From an uncultured Methanosarcinales archaeon (GTDB lineage Archaea > Nanobdellota > Nanobdellia > Woesearchaeales > GW2011-AR4): a DNA stretch of 64,000 nucleotides. Position numbers and translations under genes: made by a program. Positions 9,381-17,042 of the stretch are shown in pieces (within the stretch, counting starts at the first letter, position 1; each line of letters begins with the position of its first letter). A model generated the notes under the pieces. That model ran no database searches, was not told the DNA's origin, and saw only the letters and a list, made by a program, of their open reading frames with translations. The stretch covers positions 20,163 through 84,162 of the forward strand of contig CAZPFO010000001.1 of NCBI GenBank assembly GCA_964585935.1. Reading direction: 5' to 3'.

Positions 9381-11324
9381 TTATTTTTCATTTTGTTTTC
9401 CCTCCTTAGTTTTTTTAATTCGTTTTTGAACCTGCTTAGATTCAAAACAAGTTTTACATAAAGGTCTGCCTTCCTTGCTAAACTGATAGCAAGGGGTAGA
9501 ACCGCAGGAATGACAATTAAAATGGATTACTTCGGAATCTGGAGAATCTTCAATTGTTTCCTCCTGTACCTCCCCAGAAAGTGTCAAGTCAGTCAGTTTG
9601 TCAGAACTTGACTTGACAGTTTGTAAAGTGTCAGAGAAAGTGTCAGTATACCACTTGCCTATTTCCTCGTCTCTATACTGACAATCTGACACTTCTGACA
9701 CTTTTTTAAATAGTTCTTCTTTAGTTAAATACCCATTTCGTACAACTATCTCTGAAATTGTAAAAAAATCAAGCTCAAATCCCCTATTACAACCATCACT
9801 AGACCTAGTTCTAAAATTACCAAATCCTAGAGAAGTCATTAATTTTGTTACTTTATTGGTGCTTATTTTGTATTCTGTTTCTGAAGCTGAGACAAACTCA
9901 GATTTTAATCCCTGAGTTGAAATAAAAAAACTACCTTTATGTTTACAAAATTCTCCTACCAATACTTTTGCGAGAATTGACTCCCAGGTATTCTCATCGG
10001 CAGACTCATCTCTTATTGTAAAAAGTTTTGAGATAAAATTTCCCATTTCATTTTCTAACTTCACATCAATACATCTAGCCATAGCTATTAGTGGTTTGGC
10101 AATCAACCATTGTCTATTAATTAATTTATATTTATTCTCAACTTTAGTAAGGGCTTTTTGATATAACTTATAACTTAACAAGCCATTAACATAAGCAAAG
10201 TCCCTGCATTTTCCAAAATCAGGGTCGTTTTTGTCTGGCTCAATAGAAGCTCTCTTGTCTTTTGGATTAGCTTTAATCATAAACAACGATAAACTTCTTT
10301 TTTCAAGTGCCCCTTTGAGTGGTTTGATAGAACCAATACGAGTAAATCCGAAAGGATCAAACTCTTCGGTTATGTTTATGTTTTTGTCACTTTGCCTTGG
10401 GACATAATTACCTTTTTCATAGCTTCCATTCAAATATTCAACAAGTTCTGAATCTCCTACATTCTTTTTTTTAGAATCATCAAAAAGTTTTTCAGCCTCT
10501 TCGATAGATAGCGCCGATTTATTGTTGTGCCTATATCTAAAATAATTAGCAGGGGTTGGACATAAAAATTTTCTTCCATTAAACGCAAGATTAGAACTAA
10601 TTTTCATACCTTTACTTTTTGCGCTATCAGAAACGCCTTCATGCTTGATTATTACAGACTTATCAATCAGATCATAGAAGTAAGTACATTGATCCCAAAT
10701 AGCATTTAGATCATACCAACCATCTAGCTCAAATACCATCGATTCTGTATATTTTTTTTTAAATTCTTCATGTACTCTTCTGAATGACATAGCAAAATCT
10801 TTATAACCACCTTCAACAAATGTTTTAATTGAAGAAAGAGACCATCTATTTTCTTTAATTTGCATAACTGAATCAAAAACAAAATCACAGCCTCTAGGCC
10901 TTGAATATTTTGATATTATGCGACCATTTTCTAATATGATAGCATTAACTATTTTTTTTTGCCAAACAGAACCTTTTTCTTTTCTCACTTCAACATTCTC
11001 TAAAATATTTGCGCCATAATATCTATATTTTTTTTCATTGATTGTTATTGATCCAACTGCACTATCGATCCTCTCAGGTGTTTCTTCCTCATTTAAAATG
11101 AAACTACCAATCTTCTTTTCTGATTCAATCTCAATCTGTTTATTTTTTCTTATGATACTCTCTGCCAAGACTTCTTCTTGATTCTGTTTGTATTCCTCAA
11201 AATTGCTCCAGCTTTCTCCGGGATCGAGGATATAGCCCTCTCCAACATCTCTAATAATCCCTTTTTCATCTTTAACATAAGGAAGGCCTGAATCTTTGGT
11301 GGTCATTTCTTTTAACTTACCCAT
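9381..11324 (-). CDS. large MGE protein, putative replication/initiator protein with a C-terminal zinc ribbon
   Basis: 647 aa, the largest non-structural ORF of the element. The C-terminus is HFNCHSCGSTPCYQFSKEGRPLCKTCF (a 4-Cys ribbon). No Walker A and no clear primase motifs were found, so the function is inferred from size and position only. Confidence 0.45.
   Translation of the reverse strand: MGKLKEMTTKDSGLPYVKDEKGIIRDVGEGYILDPGESWSNFEEYKQNQEEVLAESIIRKNKQIEIESEKKIGSFILNEEETPERIDSAVGSITINEKKYRYYGANILENVEVRKEKGSVWQKKIVNAIILENGRIISKYSRPRGCDFVFDSVMQIKENRWSLSSIKTFVEGGYKDFAMSFRRVHEEFKKKYTESMVFELDGWYDLNAIWDQCTYFYDLIDKSVIIKHEGVSDSAKSKGMKISSNLAFNGRKFLCPTPANYFRYRHNNKSALSIEEAEKLFDDSKKKNVGDSELVEYLNGSYEKGNYVPRQSDKNINITEEFDPFGFTRIGSIKPLKGALEKRSLSLFMIKANPKDKRASIEPDKNDPDFGKCRDFAYVNGLLSYKLYQKALTKVENKYKLINRQWLIAKPLIAMARCIDVKLENEMGNFISKLFTIRDESADENTWESILAKVLVGEFCKHKGSFFISTQGLKSEFVSASETEYKISTNKVTKLMTSLGFGNFRTRSSDGCNRGFELDFFTISEIVVRNGYLTKEELFKKVSEVSDCQYRDEEIGKWYTDTFSDTLQTVKSSSDKLTDLTLSGEVQEETIEDSPDSEVIHFNCHSCGSTPCYQFSKEGRPLCKTCFESKQVQKRIKKTKEGKQNEK
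9579..9703. repeat. iteron-like cluster of five copies of AAGTGTCA/TGACACTT plus a 10-bp inverted repeat
   Basis: aagtgtca occurs at 9579, 9626 and 9638, and tgacactt at 9687 and 9696. tgtcagtata (9641-9650) pairs with tatactgaca (9675-9684). All lie inside the 3' part of the 647-aa ORF. Confidence 0.6.
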
Positions 11325-11505
11325 TGCTACCAGCCTCCTTCACTTTCAAGACCCTTTGAGCAGGAATAGAAATAATCTTACCACTTTTTAATTTAAATCT
11401 CACAAAAGAATTGACTTCCAAAACCTTAACCCAAACCTCTCGTTTAATATCAGTGTCGTCTAAAAACGCCACAAAATCCTTAAACTCATTTGTCTCAAAA
11501 CTCAT
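11317..11505 (-). CDS. hypothetical small protein
   Basis: 62-aa ORF that overlaps the start of the 647-aa ORF by 8 nt. Confidence 0.45.
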   Translation of the reverse strand: MSFETNEFKDFVAFLDDTDIKREVWVKVLEVNSFVRFKLKSGKIISIPAQRVLKVKEAGSNG

Positions 11506-11742
11506 AGTTAAACACCTCTTCTTAACTTAAAATTTTTTTCAACTTACATTCACAATTTCCTCCCTGTAACTATCAAAAAAATCATGAAAGTCATAGACTT
11601 CAATATTATCAAAATCTTTAATTTTTGTCTGCATTTTGATCCTCAATACCCTCCACAAGAACTTTATGGGCATGATCTAAATTACGAAAACCTTTATCTC
11701 GACAAATCTGTTCGACTTCCTGCAATATTTTATCTGTATTAC

Positions 11743-11886
11743 TCATTTTATCCCCAATTGATTTGAATAAATTTGAATGGATTTTTCTACGAAAGAAGAT
11801 TTGTTTCTTCTGTCAAATTCAGCCCCTTTATTCAATAAATCAAGGCTTTTTTTGTCAAGTGTTATGGAGATAGTTTTTCTTACCAT
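11743..11886 (-). CDS. ribbon-helix-helix (CopG-like) protein (47 aa)
   Basis: Hand-translated as MVRKTISITLDKKSLDLLNKGAEFDRRNKSSFVEKSIQIYSNQLGIK, a classic RHH pattern. Below the ORF-track cutoff. Confidence 0.45.
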   Translation of the reverse strand: MVRKTISITLDKKSLDLLNKGAEFDRRNKSSFVEKSIQIYSNQLGIK

Positions 11887-12012
11887 TTTGAATATCAGGT
11901 TGTATTAGGTTATGTGTAACATTTAAGCATAAGTTATATTTAAATGTTTTGGTAATTTATATACTACAACACATAAATATTTATAAATACTTATATTCTA
12001 ATATATTCTAAT

Positions 12013-12669
12013 ATGAGGTCAAAAATAAGTGAATTAAATACTATTGAAAAAACAGAAATAGAAAATTTGAGGATTACTTCTCAATATCCAATAATAAAGG
12101 AAAATATTATTTTGTTAAAACAAAATTTATTACCATCACAATTATTTTGTTTACAATATACAATTAAATCCCAAAAACCAAATACGACAAGGCAGTATTA
12201 TGTTTCTATTGTCCATGAATTTTTTATTAGGGAGTTTGGACATAACACGAGTGAACTCAATGAAGTAATAGAAAACCTACAGAATAAAATAAAGAAAAAG
12301 TATGGATTTGAAAATATGTCAAGAAAAGATATTATTGCTAATCTTTTAGTTGACAAAAACATTTATCTTCTTTTAAACCAATCTTTGATGGATGTAGAGA
12401 ATAAAATGAAAAAAGAGGTGGGTGTTAAATTAGATTGGTCCATAACAAATAAGACGGCAATAATAGAAATTATATTAAGAAAAATGAAAGTTAAATTTCC
12501 AACATATACAAAGATTAGCAATTCACTTGAAAAATTAAAATCTTTTGGATTTTTATCTAAGATTGTCGAAGACGGAAAAACTTATTGGACACTTAATAAT
12601 AGATTTTTTTTAGAGTTTAAAGATAAATTTAAGGATATTTTAAAATTAGATATTAATTCTTTTTTGTAA
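12013..12669 (+). CDS. hypothetical protein with a C-terminal wHTH-like segment
   Basis: 218 aa, and the only plus-strand gene of the element. KISNSLEKLKSFGFLSKIVEDGKTYWTLN resembles a winged-helix recognition helix plus wing. Confidence 0.5.
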   Translation: MRSKISELNTIEKTEIENLRITSQYPIIKENIILLKQNLLPSQLFCLQYTIKSQKPNTTRQYYVSIVHEFFIREFGHNTSELNEVIENLQNKIKKKYGFENMSRKDIIANLLVDKNIYLLLNQSLMDVENKMKKEVGVKLDWSITNKTAIIEIILRKMKVKFPTYTKISNSLEKLKSFGFLSKIVEDGKTYWTLNNRFFLEFKDKFKDILKLDINSFL

Positions 12670-13642
12670 CCATCGTTGTAAGAACTGCTATTGCTTTTTC
12701 AAGTTTATCCATTCTCTCCTGCTGCTTCTGATTCTCTTCTTTGAGCTTTAATAGTTCCGAGCTGAAAACCTTTTTTGCTCCGATTAAATGAGCAGACTTT
12801 GATCTTCTTACATAAGTTTTTAATTCCTTTGCGCTGTAGCTCCAGCCGTACCTATTTGCCAGGGCAATGAGGTCTCCATGTAGGAGTTGAGCATAGAGCG
12901 TTGCTGAACTATGCCTTAAGCATTGAATATTAAGTTTAATGCTTATTGCTTTACTGCTTGCATTTCCTAACATCTTTAGGTAAGATCCATAATTAACATT
13001 AAACAACTTATTGTCATTATTTAGGCTTTTATAATACACTCCGTTAACAAACGCTTTAATATCCTCTGTAAATAATTGTATTGGAATGGTTCTTGGCTCT
13101 GTCTTTGATTCATTGCATTTAATCCAAAAACACTTATTTCCATCTTCATCAAAAACATCCCAGGTTAAATCCTTTTTTAATGCAGAGAACATTTCAGATT
13201 TTCTAAAGCCAGAATCAAAAAACATCAAAGTTAGTATTCTATACTCGAGCTTGTCAAACTGAGCTGCAACTTTCATTATATCATCTTGAGAAGTTGTTGG
13301 CTTTTCTTTTGGCTTTTCATCCTTGCCTATTGTCGCCTTGATCCATGAAACTTCTTTTGGATAGTTTTCATCTTCTCCCCTTGTATGCTTAAAATACTGC
13401 TTTAGGAATTTCTTTATATCCGCCTTAGTTGATCCTGAGAAGTTACTGCCATCATTCTTTTTTATGATGTTTCTGTTAAGGTTATTCAAGAAGTTTTCAA
13501 TCTGCTCTCTCTTCGCTGTTTCTAGGTTAATGTACTTGCTTGTTAAAGTAAACATTACTTTAAGCTTTTTTATCCTTTGCTGCGTAAGCTGCTGGTTCAA
13601 TAGGTGGTTTTCATATTCCTTCCAGGAAGCAACCTGTTTCAT
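12653..13642 (-). CDS. int: tyrosine recombinase / phage-type integrase
   Basis: 329 aa. The C-terminal catalytic region is ...CLRHSSATLYAQLLHGDLIALANRYGWSYSAKELKTYVRRS (R-H..R/H...Y pattern). The N-terminal SAM-like domain lies next to the tRNA att site. Confidence 0.8.
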   Translation of the reverse strand: MKQVASWKEYENHLLNQQLTQQRIKKLKVMFTLTSKYINLETAKREQIENFLNNLNRNIIKKNDGSNFSGSTKADIKKFLKQYFKHTRGEDENYPKEVSWIKATIGKDEKPKEKPTTSQDDIMKVAAQFDKLEYRILTLMFFDSGFRKSEMFSALKKDLTWDVFDEDGNKCFWIKCNESKTEPRTIPIQLFTEDIKAFVNGVYYKSLNNDNKLFNVNYGSYLKMLGNASSKAISIKLNIQCLRHSSATLYAQLLHGDLIALANRYGWSYSAKELKTYVRRSKSAHLIGAKKVFSSELLKLKEENQKQQERMDKLEKAIAVLTTMVTKKN

Positions 13643-13702
13643 AATACCTAGAAAATACTAACTCCTATATAAATTATTCCCCCAATATGGAAGTTTATAA
13701 GT

Positions 13703-13717
13703 ATGCCCCTACCGGGA
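13703..13717. repeat. attR-like core, which is the 3' exon end of tRNA-Arg
   Basis: atgcccctaccgGga is the direct repeat of 1273-1287. Confidence 0.65.
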
Positions 13718-13847
13718 GTTTCGCGCATAAGTTTCGAGTGTGCCATAAATTTGCTATGCAAATTTAATTTCACCAAAATTTAATGCCAATCGAACCCGGG
13801 TCACAAAGTCCGCAACCTTGTATTCTTATCCATTAAACTATAGGGGC
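13704..13847 (-). tRNA. tRNA-Arg(GCG) with a ~69-nt intron in the T-loop
   Basis: The minus strand reads GCCCCTA-TA-GTTTAATGGATAAGAAT-A-CAAGG-TTGCGGA-CTTTG-TGAC-CCGGG-TTCGA[~69 nt]CT-CCCGG-TAGGGGC-A. The acceptor (GCCCCTA/TAGGGGC), anticodon (CAAGG/CTTTG) and T (CCGGG/CCCGG) stems all pair. The D arm is irregular. Confidence 0.7.
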
Positions 13848-13984
13848 TTGGAACCTTATTAATAAGGGGCTGTTTATAAATCTTATCTAGCCTATTTAAC
13901 CACTAAACAATGGTGAAAAAACCGAAAGGTTTATAAAGGAGGTTTTGTGTTCTTTTACTAGTATAAGTCTGATAGAAATGGCAG

Positions 13985-15058
13985 ATGGTTAAGATGAATG
14001 AACCAAAACGCTCACCAGGAATAGACCATAATATTTTAGTAGTTAGTAGAGATACTAATACAATAGACAGTATAACCTCTATTTTAGGAGACCGGATTCC
14101 GATTGACAAAAGATATAATATTAAACCAACCACTGATTTTGAAGAAGCTGTTGGGGAATTAAAGAAAAGTTTTTATGAAATTGCTATCGTATCTTCTATC
14201 GAAGAAAGCGATAAGAGTGTTGATTTAATAAAGCATATCAATGATTCTACAGATTTAGAAACGTTAGTTATTGCATTAACACCCAGAGTTTTAAATGAAA
14301 ATCTAAATAACAGGGCTCTTGACGCTGGTGCTACCCTTCTTGAACCAGTTCCAATTTGCCCTGCGAATCTACGTAATACTGTGGAAAGGACACTTGAGAT
14401 ATTGGGAGGTTACACTGATCCATTAACCAAACTATATAAGAAAGAGATATTTCATGAAAGGCTTGGAAAGGAACTAAAAGACCTTTATGGTAGGAGGGAA
14501 GAAGATCACGAGATTGGGAAGGAAAAAAGACACGGAATTAAACAAGCTAGTTTTTTAAAAAGAGCTTATCGAAAAATAGTTACCGAAAATGCTGATCAAC
14601 GTATTGGTGATAACTGCTATTCTTTGTTGTTTATGGACCTTGATAGATTTAAGGGGATCAACGACAAATATGGGCATGGTGTTGGTGATAAGGTATTAAA
14701 AGAAGTTGCAAGTGCAATTACAAGTATAACGCGTTCATCCGATATACAATCAAGGTGGGGCGGGGATGAATTTGGGATTGGTATCAGAGGGTGTAGTTAT
14801 GAAAATGCATTAAATGTTGCTCAAAAAATACTAGAAGCAGTAAATAATATTGAGATTTATGCAGATAGTGAAAGAATTCAAATTGCGACTTCGATTGGGG
14901 TCGTCACCGCTACTACTGGGGAAAAATTCATAGTGGAAGAATTTTTTAAAGCCGCAGATGAAACACTTTACCATGCTAAAGGATTCGGGAGATGTAATGT
15001 AAAAGGCTATCCTGATTATCTGGCTGCTAATAAAGCTAAATTAGCTAATACTAAATAA
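13985..15058 (+). CDS. diguanylate cyclase: degenerate receiver-like domain plus GGDEF domain
   Basis: 357 aa. The GGDEF domain reads LLFMDLDRFKGINDKYGHGVGDKVL...RWGGDEFGIGI. An RxxD I-site (RSSD) sits five residues upstream of GGDEF. The N-terminal CheY-like fold (ILVVSRD..., VIALTPR) lacks the phospho-acceptor Asp. Confidence 0.85.
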   Translation: MVKMNEPKRSPGIDHNILVVSRDTNTIDSITSILGDRIPIDKRYNIKPTTDFEEAVGELKKSFYEIAIVSSIEESDKSVDLIKHINDSTDLETLVIALTPRVLNENLNNRALDAGATLLEPVPICPANLRNTVERTLEILGGYTDPLTKLYKKEIFHERLGKELKDLYGRREEDHEIGKEKRHGIKQASFLKRAYRKIVTENADQRIGDNCYSLLFMDLDRFKGINDKYGHGVGDKVLKEVASAITSITRSSDIQSRWGGDEFGIGIRGCSYENALNVAQKILEAVNNIEIYADSERIQIATSIGVVTATTGEKFIVEEFFKAADETLYHAKGFGRCNVKGYPDYLAANKAKLANTK

Positions 15059-15523
15059 AAAACCCTTAACTTCTTCACTTTTATAATCCGGAAACGTATG
15101 CCAGAATTCTACAACTTTATCGTCTTTAAACTCCAGAACCTTATGCGCCCAGACTTTTTCTGAGAGCTGTTCTTTATAATTTGTTCCTTTTTTGAAGGAA
15201 GCCAGAACTACCTCTTTCTTTGTTAGGTAACCTGGATCTAGATTTATTTTTCTTTTGTTGTTTTCTGAATAGTTTTTTTCAAGATTGGTTGTGAATATTT
15301 TTATACCTGTTAGTTCCCCTTTTTTTATCTCTTTTTTAAAAACAATTATTTTTTTTATTAGGTTTTTGCCCATTTCTTTTTCATAATAAGAAGTAAAGCT
15401 GTCAAAATCATATTCATTGCTTTGTTTTTCAATCTCTCCAAATTCTTTTATTAAGTCTTTAAGGGCTTTTTCGTAAATATCCCTATTGGAGAACATTATT
15501 GCGAGTAAGAGTTTGGTTGGCAT
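15041..15523 (-). CDS. DUF4416 family protein
   Basis: 160 aa. DFDSFTSYYEKEMG...INLDPGYLTKKEVVLAS...FWHTFPDYKSEE matches the DUF4416 signature (F..T.YYe.EMG, NlDPGYl, TYPDY). Confidence 0.75.
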   Translation of the reverse strand: MPTKLLLAIMFSNRDIYEKALKDLIKEFGEIEKQSNEYDFDSFTSYYEKEMGKNLIKKIIVFKKEIKKGELTGIKIFTTNLEKNYSENNKRKINLDPGYLTKKEVVLASFKKGTNYKEQLSEKVWAHKVLEFKDDKVVEFWHTFPDYKSEEVKGFLFSIS

Positions 15524-15609
15524 TTTTTGATAGGATTTTGGTTTAATAGGCTGTAAGAGGAATAATATTTAATAATGTTTCCCATGGGAGTTGATATTCA
15601 GAAAACGGT

Positions 15610-16887
15610 TTAATGTGAATACAAAGACGGGCCTGAACTATCAAGTGAGGGATTAGCTAAGTTGATTAGCTTAGTTCTCCCTGTACTGTCAAATACTTTT
15701 TTAAATAATTTAACGGATTTTGGGTCAAACTGGCTACCCGTATCTTGGACTAATACATTCATCGCTTCCTGGGGTGTTTTTCCTTTTCGGTAAGGCCTTT
15801 TACCAATCATTGCCTGAAATGCATCAGTAACTGCAAATAGGTTGACTGTTCTTGGTAGTTCAGATGAATGAATTCCATGAGGATATCCTTCCCCATCATA
15901 TCTTTCATGATGATGCAATACAATTTTCCCTGCATCGCCAGGAAGAGTTGAGCCAATAATTTTATATCCGTTTTCCGGGTGTTGTTTAACCGTTTCATAC
16001 TCTTCATTGTTTAATTTTCCCGGCTTATTCAATATGTCCTCAGGTATTCCAATTTTTCCAATATCATGCATGCTTCCGCCCCACAAGATTGAATCTAACT
16101 CATCCTGACTAAACTTTCTTTTAGAGGCTACATATATCGCCATACCTACAGCTCCTTCTGAATGCACAGCTGTCCAATCGCTTTTTACTGCAAGAGACTT
16201 ATACATCAAGTTAAGCGTAGACTCATGCTGCCCCATATATATAAAATAGGCCGAAGTCTTGAAAGCAATATATTCAAATAACCACCTTTCCTGATCATTG
16301 AGCCTATGTCCGGAATTTCTATTTGCAACAAGCGAGCCTACAATGCGTTTTCCCATGTAAATAGGGGAAGCCATATAATGAGTAGCGGTTATGTCTTTTT
16401 CTGACGGATTTGGAACTAAATCCATACCCCTTTGAGTATACTTATGTTCCGTGATTCCTGTACTCCGCATGACTTCCTTTCCGGCAGCTTTTATCCTTGC
16501 AATAACATCCTTACCGGATCTTTTACTAAAGTCTATGGTTGAACCGCGTATCATCAGGGCATTTTTGCCCAGGGCCCCCTCCTTTTTTTCCATGAGGGTT
16601 ACATCAGCCTTAAATTCATCAGAGATTAAGCCGACTAATTTTTCTGCAGGCGGGGGGATAAGGTGGGTGTTGCTATACTCTGCAAAAAGAGAATAAATTT
16701 TTTTATCAAATTCGTTTGTCCTTCTGTAAATCGTATTTTCTTGTGATAATCTTTTTTTTTCTTCGATTGCAGCGCAATATAATTCTATAATCGGTGTTGT
16801 ATCTTCCTTTCCACTAACAATCTTAGAAAGAGCCTTCTTAAGGTCATCCACATCTCCTGAACTAGCTTCACCCCCTCTATCATTCAT
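15610..16887 (-). CDS. GAF-domain HD-GYP phosphodiesterase (c-di-GMP hydrolase type)
   Basis: 425 aa. The C-terminal HD-GYP domain reads HSEGAVGMA...GGSMHDIGKIGIPEDILNKPGKL...HHHERYDGEGYPHG. A GAF-like sensor region lies N-terminal to it. Confidence 0.85.
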   Translation of the reverse strand: MNDRGGEASSGDVDDLKKALSKIVSGKEDTTPIIELYCAAIEEKKRLSQENTIYRRTNEFDKKIYSLFAEYSNTHLIPPPAEKLVGLISDEFKADVTLMEKKEGALGKNALMIRGSTIDFSKRSGKDVIARIKAAGKEVMRSTGITEHKYTQRGMDLVPNPSEKDITATHYMASPIYMGKRIVGSLVANRNSGHRLNDQERWLFEYIAFKTSAYFIYMGQHESTLNLMYKSLAVKSDWTAVHSEGAVGMAIYVASKRKFSQDELDSILWGGSMHDIGKIGIPEDILNKPGKLNNEEYETVKQHPENGYKIIGSTLPGDAGKIVLHHHERYDGEGYPHGIHSSELPRTVNLFAVTDAFQAMIGKRPYRKGKTPQEAMNVLVQDTGSQFDPKSVKLFKKVFDSTGRTKLINLANPSLDSSGPSLYSH

Positions 16888-17042
16888 TTTCCATATTTGA
16901 ATTGTATCTTCTTTATAAACTTTTCTTTTGTAATCTTTCTAAAGTAGTTACTAATATATAGTATCCAGGATATACTTCAAATATTAGTAAAACCGTAAAG
17001 AAACTTGCAATGCTTTATAAAAATTAAAAATTTTCATTGAAG

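Larger units (their letters stand above)
1273..13717. mobile_element. integrated mobile genetic element (provirus or integrative plasmid) in tRNA-Arg
   Basis: It is bounded by the 15-bp direct repeat atgcccctaccgRga (1273-1287 and 13703-13717), which is the 3' end of tRNA-Arg. A tyrosine integrase abuts the tRNA-proximal end. The interior holds MGE-type ORFs: RHH proteins, a HerA/FtsK ATPase, Zn-ribbon proteins and a spike-like glycoprotein. Confidence 0.7.

Noticed and set aside
13903-14133. 76-aa minus-strand ORF overlapping the start of the GGDEF gene.
   Set aside because: It is antisense to a strongly supported gene, and the hydrophobic translation is typical of shadow frames.
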